From IMG/VR virus record IMGVR_UViG_3300023213_000167, positions 762 through 64,761 of that record: a stretch of 64,000 nt of DNA; one strand, written 5' to 3'. A program made the position numbers and the translations under genes. Shown here piece by piece: positions 16,485-26,194 of this stretch. Under the pieces are notes generated by a model, which was not told the origin of the DNA, ran no database searches, and saw nothing but the letters and a program-made list of their open reading frames with translations. Each line of letters opens with the position of its first letter. Within the stretch, counting starts at the first letter, position 1. The stretch is from a virus.

Positions 16485-19055
16485 TCAGTTCCTCGCGTAC
16501 CAGCCGTACCAATGCCAGTTGGCCTTGCTCCCCGTGCGCAGTGGCACGTCAAAGCCGGGCGCTAACTCCTTGAGAAGGCTGACGTTTTTCATGGTTTCGG
16601 TAATAAGCTCCTGGTCCCGCGTCAGGCGGTCAGGATGCAAATCGACTACCAGGTCGTCGTGGACTTCATTGAAAAGCAACGAGACTGGTATTTCGTTGCG
16701 TATTATACCACAGTCCGCGGGGTTTGTCAAGTACTTTTTTCGGACCGTCAGCAGCATGTCTAGCCAGCTACCGTAGGTCATGTGCGCTTCTTTTATTAGC
16801 GCGGCTTCGACTGCCACCAGGGCCGCCCCCGTAACATCCGCGGCCAGGGATTGAACAGGGAAGTTAATTGCCTGGTTAAGCATGTGACCAAAACCTTCGC
16901 TACGTCGGCCGTCTGGGCAGGGCAAATGGCGGACGCGACCTGTAAGACTCCGGACAGACTGGTGTCGGAGTAGTTCATCCTCTCGTGCATGCATATAAGC
17001 AACAACGTGAGGAATGAGTCTAAGGTAGGCCCGTCGAAGGTGATCTGTACGGTCGACGTGCTGGTCCCAGATGCTGTCGAACCTGATGCCGTTATTCCAC
17101 AATTGTTGGGACATTTTAGGAGTTTGCATATTGTAATGAACTCCGAGGACAATTCCTTTGGCTCCACGATATTCTGGTGTCCCTTCCTTTATTTCGTAAC
17201 CCCACATATCCTTAGCAATTCCGATATACCCACTGCCATGATCGCCAAAATGGTGATTAAGATAAGGCTCCTTAGCAAGGAACCCCAGAACCAGCGGCTC
17301 CAGCTTACTGTAGTCGTTGTCGGAGACCATTCCTCCCGGCCATCTACTGCAAATGATTTGACGTACAGCCGGCGTCCAATTTTGACTGTTCGGATTTGAC
17401 GCCGAGCGCCGCCCGGTTCGCGCGCCCAGAGGGTTGAAGTGAAAGGGCAAAAGCGCGACTGGCGTATCTGCCACAGTTCCCACGGGTCGCAGATACCGGT
17501 CAAGTCCGACAACGTTTGTGGAGTGCAGCTTTTCAATGGCATTGTATTTCAGTAGTGTCTCGACGACATGATGCGGAGGAAGGTTTCGTAGGCTTTCCTT
17601 CGAGACCGACGCCAGGCCCGTATCCGTCTTACCAGGGATTGACAGGCCCAGCCGAGTATAAAGCAGATCACGGATGTGATTATCATTGGTGGGCTTAAAC
17701 TCCGTCATGCCCGCCGCCCAGGCTGCCTTACTCAGCTGGTCAGACAGGGCAAGCAGCTGCGTCTCCTGAGACGCGCGTAATGCGTTTAGTACGTTTAGGT
17801 CGACGAAGGCTCCCGTGAGGGACATCCGCTCCAAAGTACAAGCGACCCGGTGTGTGAACACCACCAGCCGCCGCTGACGTGCCAAGGCGAGCATGGCGCC
17901 GTATTTGGCGGCGATATGATAGCTGGCCCAGGCGTCCCGTACACAACGGTCCATACGTAGGTCAGCGGGGACAAGGGACATGTCATGGTTATTACCTTGT
18001 AAGATGGTTTTGGTACGATACTTCCAGGGAGGAGTGTTGGTGAAACTCAGTAGCTGGTCTTCAAGCTCATAGCTGAGGTCGTTCTCGTCTACCATGCGAG
18101 CCAACAGCAGGCTGTCTAACAGGCGCTCCCCGGTCAGCCACTCTTCTTTCAGTGGTAGCCCGGCATCATGTAACTGTTGTAGCTCTCCGGCAGCGCTGTG
18201 TCCACCGAGGTAAGTCGCCCCTTCAAGGCACGCGCGGAAAACTTGGAAGTCATCTTCGGCGGCAGCCGCGCAGTTGCCGTCAGTGGCCGCGACGGATAAC
18301 ACACGATCAGCGGTGTATTCTGTATCGACGAAAATGACTTTGCCGGGAGGGGGCACCGCGGGGATGAACTCCACGGCGGGCTCAAGCGTAAAACGCTTAA
18401 GGTCGTCGAGGATGCGCTGCCGGAGCGGGAGGGCGCCGCGCAGTACGGCGGCGGGATGGTAGGTTACGAAGGCGGGAGGGACGGATTCACCAGGTAATCC
18501 TGGGATGGGGAGGGGTCGTCCGCGGCTGTGGGTAACGTTGTTGTCCCCGTTGTTGGTGAGGGAACGCAAAGCCGTTCCACCCACCGCAAGAATCGCGGAC
18601 GGCTCAAGGATGACAATAGCTCGGAGAAGAAACGGTCGGCAGGCGCGCACTTGCGACATGCTCGGAGTTTGATTGTCGCGCGGACGGCACCGGATGGCGT
18701 TGACAAGCGCAACGTCTCGGTCGTCATATCCTGCCTCTCGCCACAGTTGCCGCAGTAGTCGACCGCTTCGGCCTGTAAATGGTCTTCCCGTACGTTGGTC
18801 TTCATCTGCACCGGGGGCTTCTCCGATTAACAACAGTTTCTTGGTCCAACCCTGTGGCACGAACGGCCGCATGAAAGGCGCGGCACACGCACTGAATAAC
18901 GCACACTTCTGGCACTGTTCCCGCTCTGGCGAAGCCAGAGACAACTGTTCGGGAATGAGGGCGGTGTACTTTGGCTTCTTTAGACGGGGTACCCGGGGTC
19001 TATTGACGCCAGGTAGTTCGGATGTATCTGTCGCCGCAACTGCTTCTTGATCCAA
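16485..19055 (-). CDS. polA: Family A DNA polymerase with N-terminal family-4 uracil-DNA glycosylase and 3'-5' exonuclease domains
   Basis: UDG4: CQKC, GEAPG, NAIRCRP, YHPAA. Exonuclease: VDTE. Polymerase: TGRRSASNPNSQN, DYSKLE, RGAKGIVLGVHY, NFPVQS, VHDD. Exact start uncertain. Confidence 0.95.
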   Translation of the reverse strand: MDQEAVAATDTSELPGVNRPRVPRLKKPKYTALIPEQLSLASPEREQCQKCALFSACAAPFMRPFVPQGWTKKLLLIGEAPGADEDQRTGRPFTGRSGRLLRQLWREAGYDDRDVALVNAIRCRPRDNQTPSMSQVRACRPFLLRAIVILEPSAILAVGGTALRSLTNNGDNNVTHSRGRPLPIPGLPGESVPPAFVTYHPAAVLRGALPLRQRILDDLKRFTLEPAVEFIPAVPPPGKVIFVDTEYTADRVLSVAATDGNCAAAAEDDFQVFRACLEGATYLGGHSAAGELQQLHDAGLPLKEEWLTGERLLDSLLLARMVDENDLSYELEDQLLSFTNTPPWKYRTKTILQGNNHDMSLVPADLRMDRCVRDAWASYHIAAKYGAMLALARQRRLVVFTHRVACTLERMSLTGAFVDLNVLNALRASQETQLLALSDQLSKAAWAAGMTEFKPTNDNHIRDLLYTRLGLSIPGKTDTGLASVSKESLRNLPPHHVVETLLKYNAIEKLHSTNVVGLDRYLRPVGTVADTPVALLPFHFNPLGARTGRRSASNPNSQNWTPAVRQIICSRWPGGMVSDNDYSKLEPLVLGFLAKEPYLNHHFGDHGSGYIGIAKDMWGYEIKEGTPEYRGAKGIVLGVHYNMQTPKMSQQLWNNGIRFDSIWDQHVDRTDHLRRAYLRLIPHVVAYMHAREDELLRHQSVRSLTGRVRHLPCPDGRRSEGFGHMLNQAINFPVQSLAADVTGAALVAVEAALIKEAHMTYGSWLDMLLTVRKKYLTNPADCGIIRNEIPVSLLFNEVHDDLVVDLHPDRLTRDQELITETMKNVSLLKELAPGFDVPLRTGSKANWHWYGWYARN
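16702..16730 (-). promoter_or_regulatory. Consensus sigma-70 promoter inside polA
   Basis: Minus strand reads aaaaaagtac-TTGACA-17 nt-TATAAT with an extended -10 TG. Confidence 0.8.
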
Positions 19056-19191
19056 ATAATGTCACTCGGGATAAACAAATCGGGGTTAGCTTCAAAAATA
19101 CGCAGGGCCAGCAACCAGTGCTTGTCTTCACATGCCTGGCTGAATTCACGAAGTATGGCCCGGCGCTGCCGGGGCTGTAGGGGCGTCTTTG

Positions 19192-19353
19192 TCATGGGCC
19201 TTCCCAGCACGCAGATGCGGTCCGCTCACCCACGACAAGTCTTATCTGGTTACAGTCATGAAAGCTATGAAAGGGCCCAATCACGCTGTATCCCGAATAC
19301 CCAGACGTCCACGCCATGAACCACCAAGCGATTACTATTGCAGTGTATCTCAT
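19192..19353 (-). CDS. 53-aa signal/TM-anchored protein, not in the ORF track
   Basis: MRYTAIVIAWWFMAWTSGYSGYSVIGPFHSFHDCNQIRLVVGERTASACWEGP; ATGA overlaps on both sides. Confidence 0.55.
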   Translation of the reverse strand: MRYTAIVIAWWFMAWTSGYSGYSVIGPFHSFHDCNQIRLVVGERTASACWEGP

Positions 19354-19533
19354 ACACGCTCCTTGCCCAGCGCCGCCTGTATCCTAAGCAGCTTCGACTG
19401 GGCGATACTAAGCAGCTTTAGGATTTCCTGCCGCGCGGCGCGCTCGCGGTCGAGGGTGGCAAGGAAGCGACTTGCCTGCCACCAGTAACCAGGATGATCA
19501 CGCATCTCCTGCAACTCAGCGTCTGAATACGGC

Positions 19534-19875
19534 TCAACCATGTCCTTTGTCCAAAACGGTGCGTACGTTGTCCAGGATGTTGAGCAAACGGCGGATCTCT
19601 CCCTTACAGTAATCGGCATCGGCGCGGGCTACACGCAGTTCCCCCCCCGTATTGTTCAGCTTCCCCTGTGACTGCGCCAGGGTGGAATTCAGCTTCTGTA
19701 CAACTCCACGCAGTCCATCGCGCTCCAGCTGTACCGATTGCCGTAGGGCACGTTCCGAGCTATACGAGCTTGTATAATTTGTATAAGCCTCGATCCGTTT
19801 CTCTGCCTGGGCTTCTCTCAACGCGACCTCTAAGGTAGCAACGCGCGCGTCTAGCCTGTCCAGATACGCTTTCAT
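19534..19875 (-). CDS. Coiled-coil hypothetical protein
   Basis: 113 aa with heptad-like L/E/R/Q pattern. Confidence 0.55.
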   Translation of the reverse strand: MKAYLDRLDARVATLEVALREAQAEKRIEAYTNYTSSYSSERALRQSVQLERDGLRGVVQKLNSTLAQSQGKLNNTGGELRVARADADYCKGEIRRLLNILDNVRTVLDKGHG

Positions 19876-20324
19876 GGCAGGTTCATTCCTTTCGGTACCT
19901 GCACGCGCTGGCGGAACATCCAGCGACGGGCGGGGGCGTTGGTGGGCCGCCGGTGAAGCGGCCCGCGGTTACGGAACAACACCACGCTAAAGGGTGGCGG
20001 CTGGTAAGTGTGTCCTTCCCACTTTAGCTCCGTGGGGGTACGGTTAGTCCACACGACAAGGGCACAGTCTGGCTTGCTGCCGGGGGTGGTATCCCCGTCA
20101 TAATGCCAGTCGCTCGCCGCGGGAGCGGCAATTGTCGTGCGCCGTACCTCCGCGTGAAGGGCATCGCTGTACCAGCCGCGCTTCCAGTGTATCGGGCCGT
20201 GCGCGGGGTCGACATGAGGCTTCAGACCTGCCTTCGCCGTCAGCTCCGTAAGCTCTCTGCCGATCACCCGTGCACGCCATTCGGAAGGGAGGTATTTGTC
20301 TTTCAGGACGATGTACGGAATCAT
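19872..20324 (-). CDS. 2OG-Fe(II) dioxygenase-like protein
   Basis: WHYDG (HxD), PPPFSVVLFRN, distal LHRRP and RWMFR in double-stranded beta-helix order; GGAGG RBS before the ATG at 20324. Confidence 0.6.
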   Translation of the reverse strand: MIPYIVLKDKYLPSEWRARVIGRELTELTAKAGLKPHVDPAHGPIHWKRGWYSDALHAEVRRTTIAAPAASDWHYDGDTTPGSKPDCALVVWTNRTPTELKWEGHTYQPPPFSVVLFRNRGPLHRRPTNAPARRWMFRQRVQVPKGMNLP

Positions 20325-20967
20325 GTTGCCGCCTCCACCCCATTGTTCAAGGCCGAAGATCATCACCATCTCCAAAACACGCAGATGCGGCCAAGGATTA
20401 TAGCCCACCTGGCGGTAGGATCATGATATAAGAACCACCACCGCCAGCGTGGCCAAGTGGTGATTCCTAGCTTAATGACCAAAAATCATACCCCATCTCG
20501 AATGGCCAAATCATCCCCCGCCCCAACCAAGGTCGAACGTCAACGCCCAGGTGTCCGGGTCATGATGATATGTGAAGAACCAGTGCATGATTATCCGGCT
20601 TCCTTTGCGCGTAGCCGCTCAGTCAAGTCCTTGACCATTGCCAGGGCGTTGTCACGTTGCTCCTTCAGGCTTTGTAGCTTGTGAAGGACGTTCAACGTCT
20701 CCACCTCGAACGCATCCGCCCGACTCTTCTGATACTCGCGCATCCGCTCCACCTGGATCAACTCCCCGCTGAGCCGGTGACAATTCGGACACCCAGGCGT
20801 CGGTAACTTGGATATAGATGTCGTAGATTCCGCCGTCGGTTTGTCGTTTTCGGTAGTCATTCAGCAACTCACACAAGCTGAGTTCCAGCTTGTCTAGGTC
20901 CTCACCGTTCAAGTTATCCATGAGCATCAGCCGGGCCACCATGACCCGGAAGCTGTTATCGTTGGCG

Positions 20968-21741
20968 TCAGGAGGCGGTGTATCCGCTAACATCGGCATT
21001 GTTGGCGTTCTCCACGAGGGGGTACATGTCCTTTAGGTAGCGTCCGCGGGCCAGGTTGGGGATATCCGCCAGGTCATCGTATGGCTGTACCAAGATCAGC
21101 TTACACGCGATCCCCCGGCTGGACAGCCAGATTAGGATGGCCGACATAGCTTCCTGGCCGTTACTGTCTGCCACCAACCCGCACATTTTATCACGAAACA
21201 GCTTCGCTGTCAAGTCCAAACTTTGCTCAGGGGGCCGCAGGCCCATGAGGGCAACGCCCATGAAGCCATGCCCGGCGGCAGCCAGGGCGTCCATTGGACC
21301 CTCGGCGATGATGACCGTATTGCGCCGGTTGGCCCGCGGCAGCGGCGCCGGGAGGGGCCACACTACCACGATGGCGTCACCCCGCGGGGCAAAGGGGCTC
21401 ATGTAGCGGATGGGCGGGGGGGCTATGTGCGTGTTATCTAGGAGGTGGACGCTGCTTTCGCTACGCCCGTCTTTCTTCTCCATGAGACGCGCCTGCCAGT
21501 ACAAATTACCCCCGGTAGCCGTGGCTGGGATGACGATACGAGGATTCGCGTCACCGGCATCCCAGGACGGGTACCAACCGTTCTGCCGTGCTGTGTCAAA
21601 GCTGAGCTGCCTGATGCCCAGGTATGACGCCATCAACGCCCACGAGGACACCGTGAAGCAGCCACGCGGCATACTGCTGGAAAAGGGGCGGTCCTTGGTG
21701 CGCGCGCTTTCGCGCGCTTCGTGTGTGTCATCTTGGCTCAT
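20968..21741 (-). CDS. DNA primase, TOPRIM domain
   Basis: RIVIP...YWQAR...RYMSP...IIAEGPMDALAA...GVALMG...VADSN...DDLAD. Confidence 0.8.
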   Translation of the reverse strand: MSQDDTHEARESARTKDRPFSSSMPRGCFTVSSWALMASYLGIRQLSFDTARQNGWYPSWDAGDANPRIVIPATATGGNLYWQARLMEKKDGRSESSVHLLDNTHIAPPPIRYMSPFAPRGDAIVVVWPLPAPLPRANRRNTVIIAEGPMDALAAAGHGFMGVALMGLRPPEQSLDLTAKLFRDKMCGLVADSNGQEAMSAILIWLSSRGIACKLILVQPYDDLADIPNLARGRYLKDMYPLVENANNADVSGYTAS

Positions 21742-22045
21742 CTGCGTTCCCTGACTGGTACCACTGCGTGGTAGGGCGGAATATCGGTGCATTTACGTCA
21801 AGCAGGCGTTCCCTTGACGACCGGCCGGGCGCATCGGGGTACTTTGCCATGTCCTCCGCACTGGCCAGGGCATAGTACAAATCGTTGCAGACTAGGCACT
21901 GGACTTGCTGCCTGTTAATACGGACGTACTGCTTGCGATGCGCGGTATTCCCGCAGGGAGGCAGATCCGTTGGAACAGTCTTGGCTTCTACGGACGGGGT
22001 ACCTAGCGACTGTCCGTAGATACTGTCGACGATTTTATCCGTCAT
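21728..22045 (-). CDS. Zinc-binding protein upstream of the primase
   Basis: GGAGG RBS; C-x4-H...CLVC; overlaps the primase start. Confidence 0.5.
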   Translation of the reverse strand: MTDKIVDSIYGQSLGTPSVEAKTVPTDLPPCGNTAHRKQYVRINRQQVQCLVCNDLYYALASAEDMAKYPDAPGRSSRERLLDVNAPIFRPTTQWYQSGNADEPR

Positions 22046-22061
22046 GAAGCCTCCGCCTGCA

Positions 22062-22400
22062 TTATTGGTCATCGGTACCTGTATCGTCTGGCTCGTCGTC
22101 AAGGCCGAAAAGTTCGGCTTCGGTGGGCTCTGATTCCACCACCATGTCGAGCTCTGAAAGGACATCATAAACCTCGTCTGTCACTGTTTCCAATATGTCA
22201 ATCTGGTAATCGCCTAACTCGTCGTACTCCTCTGTGATTACGCCTACCTCGTACAATCCGTGGTAGACGGCTTCACGGATACGCTCCTTGTCAAAGAAAT
22301 CAGCGATGCTCAACTTGATCACCTTACCTATGTCATGCATCTTGTCATGCAGCCCCGGTGGTACATATGGTTCACCCGGGGTGCCTAGCTTGTCATGCAT
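22062..22400 (-). CDS. Acidic hypothetical protein
   Basis: 112 aa, D/E-rich, first gene after the 22457-22485 promoter; CAGGAG RBS. Confidence 0.6.
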   Translation of the reverse strand: MHDKLGTPGEPYVPPGLHDKMHDIGKVIKLSIADFFDKERIREAVYHGLYEVGVITEEYDELGDYQIDILETVTDEVYDVLSELDMVVESEPTEAELFGLDDEPDDTGTDDQ

Positions 22401-22456
22401 GTAGTGTGTACTCCTGTTCCTGAACTACTACACTCCCGTCCCTTCACTACAACCCA

Positions 22457-22485
22457 ATTATAGCATGTTTCAGAGCGGTTGTCAA
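22457..22485 (-). promoter_or_regulatory. Consensus sigma-70 promoter driving the replication operon
   Basis: TTGACA-accgctctgaaacatgc (17 nt)-TATAAT, extended -10, intergenic. Confidence 0.9.
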
Positions 22486-22494
22486 GAGAAATCT

Positions 22495-23250
22495 TTACCC
22501 CTTGCTCCCATTCACGATACCGGCGTGGTGTGCTGTACTCACACCCGCTATTTGCGTCCAGGGCTTGGCCGCGGGGAATTTCCCATCGTGCCACAATGCC
22601 TTCAGCTTGGCGGCAGCTTGCTGGACATACCCGGCATCTACCGGCTGGATGCTATGTTTGGGCATCTTGGGCGGGACCGCGGCGTAATTCCCCGCGTTCT
22701 TCTTCCAGAACGCCGCCGTCTCCTCCACGTACGCGGCCTGGGTGTCGATGATACCTTCTAGCATACGCCAGGGATCTGTCTCCCCGTCCCAATACAGCCC
22801 GATGCGGCACAGCAGCGCGTAGGTGCTGACGTGGACGCTGGTGGTCAGCCACGCAGGGTCTAGGTACAACACGCGCCGGTCGCTGTGGCCTTCCACGTGC
22901 GCCCAGGTAGTAGGCGAAATGTCTGCCTTCTTCTCCCAGGCGTGCAGGAAGTCAATGAGTCGGTTCAGGTGCTCGGCACCCATACGGGGGCTGCCCGTCA
23001 GCTGTATCTCCAACGGGAAGCGCGGCAACTTCAGGTCCAGCTGCCCGGGCGCGTACTTCAGGCCGTAGATGGCGGCTTCCTTCTTGTGGTGCTCCGCCCA
23101 TATGATGTCCTGTAAGTAGTCCTTGCACTGCACCGGGAACATCAGCTGTTCATGCTTGGCGTTCAGCCAGGCGAACTTGCAGTGCAGGCCGCTGATTTGG
23201 TTGTACGTCACATTGGGGTGCGCCTTGACGGTAACTGTCTTAACGCCCAT
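22495..23250 (-). CDS. Hypothetical protein of the amidoligase cluster
   Basis: About 250 aa (FAWLN...FPVQCKDYLQDIIWAE); start overlaps the ATP-grasp stop. Confidence 0.55.
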   Translation of the reverse strand: MGVKTVTVKAHPNVTYNQISGLHCKFAWLNAKHEQLMFPVQCKDYLQDIIWAEHHKKEAAIYGLKYAPGQLDLKLPRFPLEIQLTGSPRMGAEHLNRLIDFLHAWEKKADISPTTWAHVEGHSDRRVLYLDPAWLTTSVHVSTYALLCRIGLYWDGETDPWRMLEGIIDTQAAYVEETAAFWKKNAGNYAAVPPKMPKHSIQPVDAGYVQQAAAKLKALWHDGKFPAAKPWTQIAGVSTAHHAGIVNGSKG

Positions 23251-23959
23251 TGACTCCCACGCCTCCCTTGTTTCGATAGAAATCGTGGATGGCCCGGGCG
23301 TACACCTGGATGGTTCCGCCCTCCAGCCCCGGGGCACTATTGACCTCAAAAACGACAAATCCGCCATCCGGCTTCACTCCTATGTCCACGGCCCCAAAGT
23401 CGTAACCTAGCGCCTTACAGGCCTTGTGGCAGGCATCCCTGAGGCCACGCGGGGGATCGTATCCGCCATAGGACAGCTTCCAGCCCGCATTGTGGGCGCG
23501 GAACCGTGGGTTAGGCACCTTACCCTCTTGTGGCACCTTCTTGGCGAGGCGCAACGAGGTCCCGTGGAAGCTATGAACCCTGTATTCCGTGTGCGTGGGG
23601 ACGTACTGGACGTAGTAGTCCCCGGTGGTACGCCCGGACAACAGGTCCTTGGCGCGCTGGTGGTTGTCCACGCGGGCGAGCCACCCTGCCCGTCGCTCTC
23701 GCGAGAAGGGAGGGACGGGTACCCCGCCCGTCTGTAGCTTACTTAGCTCGTGGTACTTGTTCCCGGCCCGGTGGGGGTTCAGCAGGCGCCCCCGTAGGCC
23801 CCCCGGTAGGCCCTCCCCCCATCCCACGAACACGTCTGAGGAGTTCCCCGAAGGGCACAGGCGCTTCGCCCGTGTAGCGCAGCCACCTTCGATACCATTT
23901 AGGGCGGCGACGAGTTCCTTGGCGCCCATGCTTCCACGACGACATACGATGTATATCAT
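23240..23959 (-). CDS. ATP-grasp ligase (RimK/YheCD-like)
   Basis: NKYHEL, EYRVHSF, RAHNAGW, ALGYDFGAVDIG and VFEVNSAPGL motifs. Confidence 0.9.
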   Translation of the reverse strand: MIYIVCRRGSMGAKELVAALNGIEGGCATRAKRLCPSGNSSDVFVGWGEGLPGGLRGRLLNPHRAGNKYHELSKLQTGGVPVPPFSRERRAGWLARVDNHQRAKDLLSGRTTGDYYVQYVPTHTEYRVHSFHGTSLRLAKKVPQEGKVPNPRFRAHNAGWKLSYGGYDPPRGLRDACHKACKALGYDFGAVDIGVKPDGGFVVFEVNSAPGLEGGTIQVYARAIHDFYRNKGGVGVNGR

Positions 23960-24281
23960 CCTTTCCTCACAAGTATGATGGTAACCAGGACGATGAGACC
24001 CATCCACACTAGGAACACAATATCACCTCCGTCAAGACACATGCCCAACACCTCCCACAACGATTTTGACCAGATTTGATAATGTTTACTAGAGTGTTAC
24101 GTACCACCTAAGCACAGAGGACAGCCGGTCTGCTTGTACCGCTTCGTGGCAGGCGGTGGCATGCTCACCCACCACACCTTAACCTCAGGGTCGTACCGAC
24201 CGTGCTTCTCGGCGTGGCAGGTAACTACCCACCACACCTTGCGCCGGCCTCCGTAATGCTCACTGCCCTTGGGCGGCTGGC

Positions 24282-24731
24282 TCACAGATTCGCGCTCCAC
24301 AACACGACCAGATTGGTCGTCTTGGGGTTACGAAACTCCCCGAGCCGCTTCCACCCACTTTCCTCCAGCAGCTTGTTCTCCGCCGCATTGGTGGACAGGA
24401 CCGTGGCCAGCATCATGCCGTACCTCAGACGCCGGGCCGCTTCCATACGGGTATTCAGCAAAACACTGCCGATACCCTTCTTACGAAGGTCTTCCGCAAT
24501 CTCCGCGTGGAAGCTCACCACCACGCCGCAACAGCCAGGTAGCTGCTGCAGGCCGAAAGTGGCGATGTTGCGAGATTCGGTACGTACATCGTACACGCCA
24601 GGCTCGCCACGGCGCTCCACGATGTACGTGTAACCGATACCGGCGGCATCTAGCGACGGTCTACGGCGCATCAAGGCGCCGTTTAGCTCGTGGAGAGGAT
24701 CTGCCTCGGGAACTCCGCTGATCTTACCCAT
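24282..24731 (-). CDS. GNAT-family acetyltransferase
   Basis: AEDLRKKGIGSVLL (acetyl-CoA motif A), TVLSTNAAENKLLEESGW; AGGAG RBS. Confidence 0.8.
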   Translation of the reverse strand: MGKISGVPEADPLHELNGALMRRRPSLDAAGIGYTYIVERRGEPGVYDVRTESRNIATFGLQQLPGCCGVVVSFHAEIAEDLRKKGIGSVLLNTRMEAARRLRYGMMLATVLSTNAAENKLLEESGWKRLGEFRNPKTTNLVVLWSANL

Positions 24732-24799
24732 GTTACGTCTCCTTTCGCTTCCCCTGATGGTATCCGGGGTCCTTGCCACAGGACTCGCAGCCGCACGTC

Positions 24800-25135
24800 C
24801 TAGTCTGAGTCTTCACTCCCGGTGTTCTCTGCTGTCGGCGGCTGAGGCCCTTCCTGCATCGCAGTTGGTTTGGCATAGTCGATGGTCTCCCTGTCGTCCC
24901 CACATGGTGGGAACAGTACGTGAGCAATGATACGAACGTCCCTGATCTTGGACCACTTAACACCACCTATGGCGCCGGGATACCTGGCTTTCAGCGTCTT
25001 CCGGCTCCACAGGCTTTTGCAATGAAACTCGGCGTTTTGCAGTCCCTCGCTGAAATAGTCCAGCATCCACCGTTGCCCCCCGCCGGGCGGATCACACGTG
25101 AACCACACGCCGTATCTGATTACAGGATCAGCCAC
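24800..25135 (-). CDS. Hypothetical protein
   Basis: 111 aa; AGGAGG RBS before the GTG. Confidence 0.55.
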   Translation of the reverse strand: MADPVIRYGVWFTCDPPGGGQRWMLDYFSEGLQNAEFHCKSLWSRKTLKARYPGAIGGVKWSKIRDVRIIAHVLFPPCGDDRETIDYAKPTAMQEGPQPPTAENTGSEDSD

Positions 25136-25144
25136 GATGCCCTC

Positions 25145-26194
25145 CTAAACCAGCAGCGTCCGCCACGCGACGGTTTGGATCGACGTGCACGGACGGAACC
25201 AATTCTCACGGTTCCGCTCAATGACTTGCAGTGCCTTATCGATATCCTGGCAATCGCGCGTGATGAGGATGCGCGGACGCAGACTTGCCAGGCGATCGAT
25301 AAGCTGTTGCCGGTACGAATCGTTGGCCGGTACGCCCTGTGGCTGTTGCTTCTCGGAGCCCGGTCGGTTCTTCACGGCGCTGGCGCTGATGATATCCCAA
25401 TTCACCAATGTGATCTTGGCTAACGCGAAGTACGCGTAGGCCAGCCAGGGATGCGTCAGCCAGGTGGACGGGATGCGGTATTCAATGTGGAAGTACACGC
25501 CGCCCTTGGGGTTCACCGGGTGGTCACTGGCCATGAGACGCACCGGATCACCATTATTCGGACCGTACTTCATGTTACGAGTGATCCGCAGCGGCCACAG
25601 CTGGCACCACATCTCCAGTGGGTACAGCAGGTAGTTCATGGTGAGAATGTACTTCATGGCGCTGAATCGCCGGTAGTTTGCCGCCTCAGCGCCATACCGC
25701 TCCATCGCGTTGACCGTCTCGTCATCAACGTTGTCGGGTACTGGCTTGGTCATGTTATACTGCTTCCAGCCCAACAGAGTATCGTGATAGTAGCGGTTAG
25801 CTTTGCTTGCGACACGTGCCAGGTCCGGGTCGTACACCCAGAACGTGGTGTGGATATGCCCGCCGAGTGGCTCTCCGCTTGTCACGCCCTGCACCCACGG
25901 ATGCGCCAACAGTACCACGTCACGCATGTTCTTGGTGCGACTTAGGAAGTTCTCGGTCTCGGCCAAGCCGTACGCAATATCTAACATATGCCGCCGGATA
26001 TTGTGCGCCGGAGGCGGGCGCAACTCCGCCGTGGCCGCGTGGTTATCCGTGCCGATGAACGAATTCAGTGCCTGCGCCTTGTTAGGGCTGATGACCGTAC
26101 TGGCCGGGATGATGTACGGACTCCATTCCTTAACTCGCGCGAACACGAATTCAGGATCGCTCCCTATTTTGTACAACAGCAGGGATCTACTCAT
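25145..26194 (-). CDS. phiEco32-like COOH-NH2 ligase type 2 (copy 1)
   Basis: IGSDPEF, IGTDNHAATAELRP, PLGGHIH and HIEYRIPSTWLTHP. Confidence 0.85.
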   Translation of the reverse strand: MSRSLLLYKIGSDPEFVFARVKEWSPYIIPASTVISPNKAQALNSFIGTDNHAATAELRPPPAHNIRRHMLDIAYGLAETENFLSRTKNMRDVVLLAHPWVQGVTSGEPLGGHIHTTFWVYDPDLARVASKANRYYHDTLLGWKQYNMTKPVPDNVDDETVNAMERYGAEAANYRRFSAMKYILTMNYLLYPLEMWCQLWPLRITRNMKYGPNNGDPVRLMASDHPVNPKGGVYFHIEYRIPSTWLTHPWLAYAYFALAKITLVNWDIISASAVKNRPGSEKQQPQGVPANDSYRQQLIDRLASLRPRILITRDCQDIDKALQVIERNRENWFRPCTSIQTVAWRTLLV

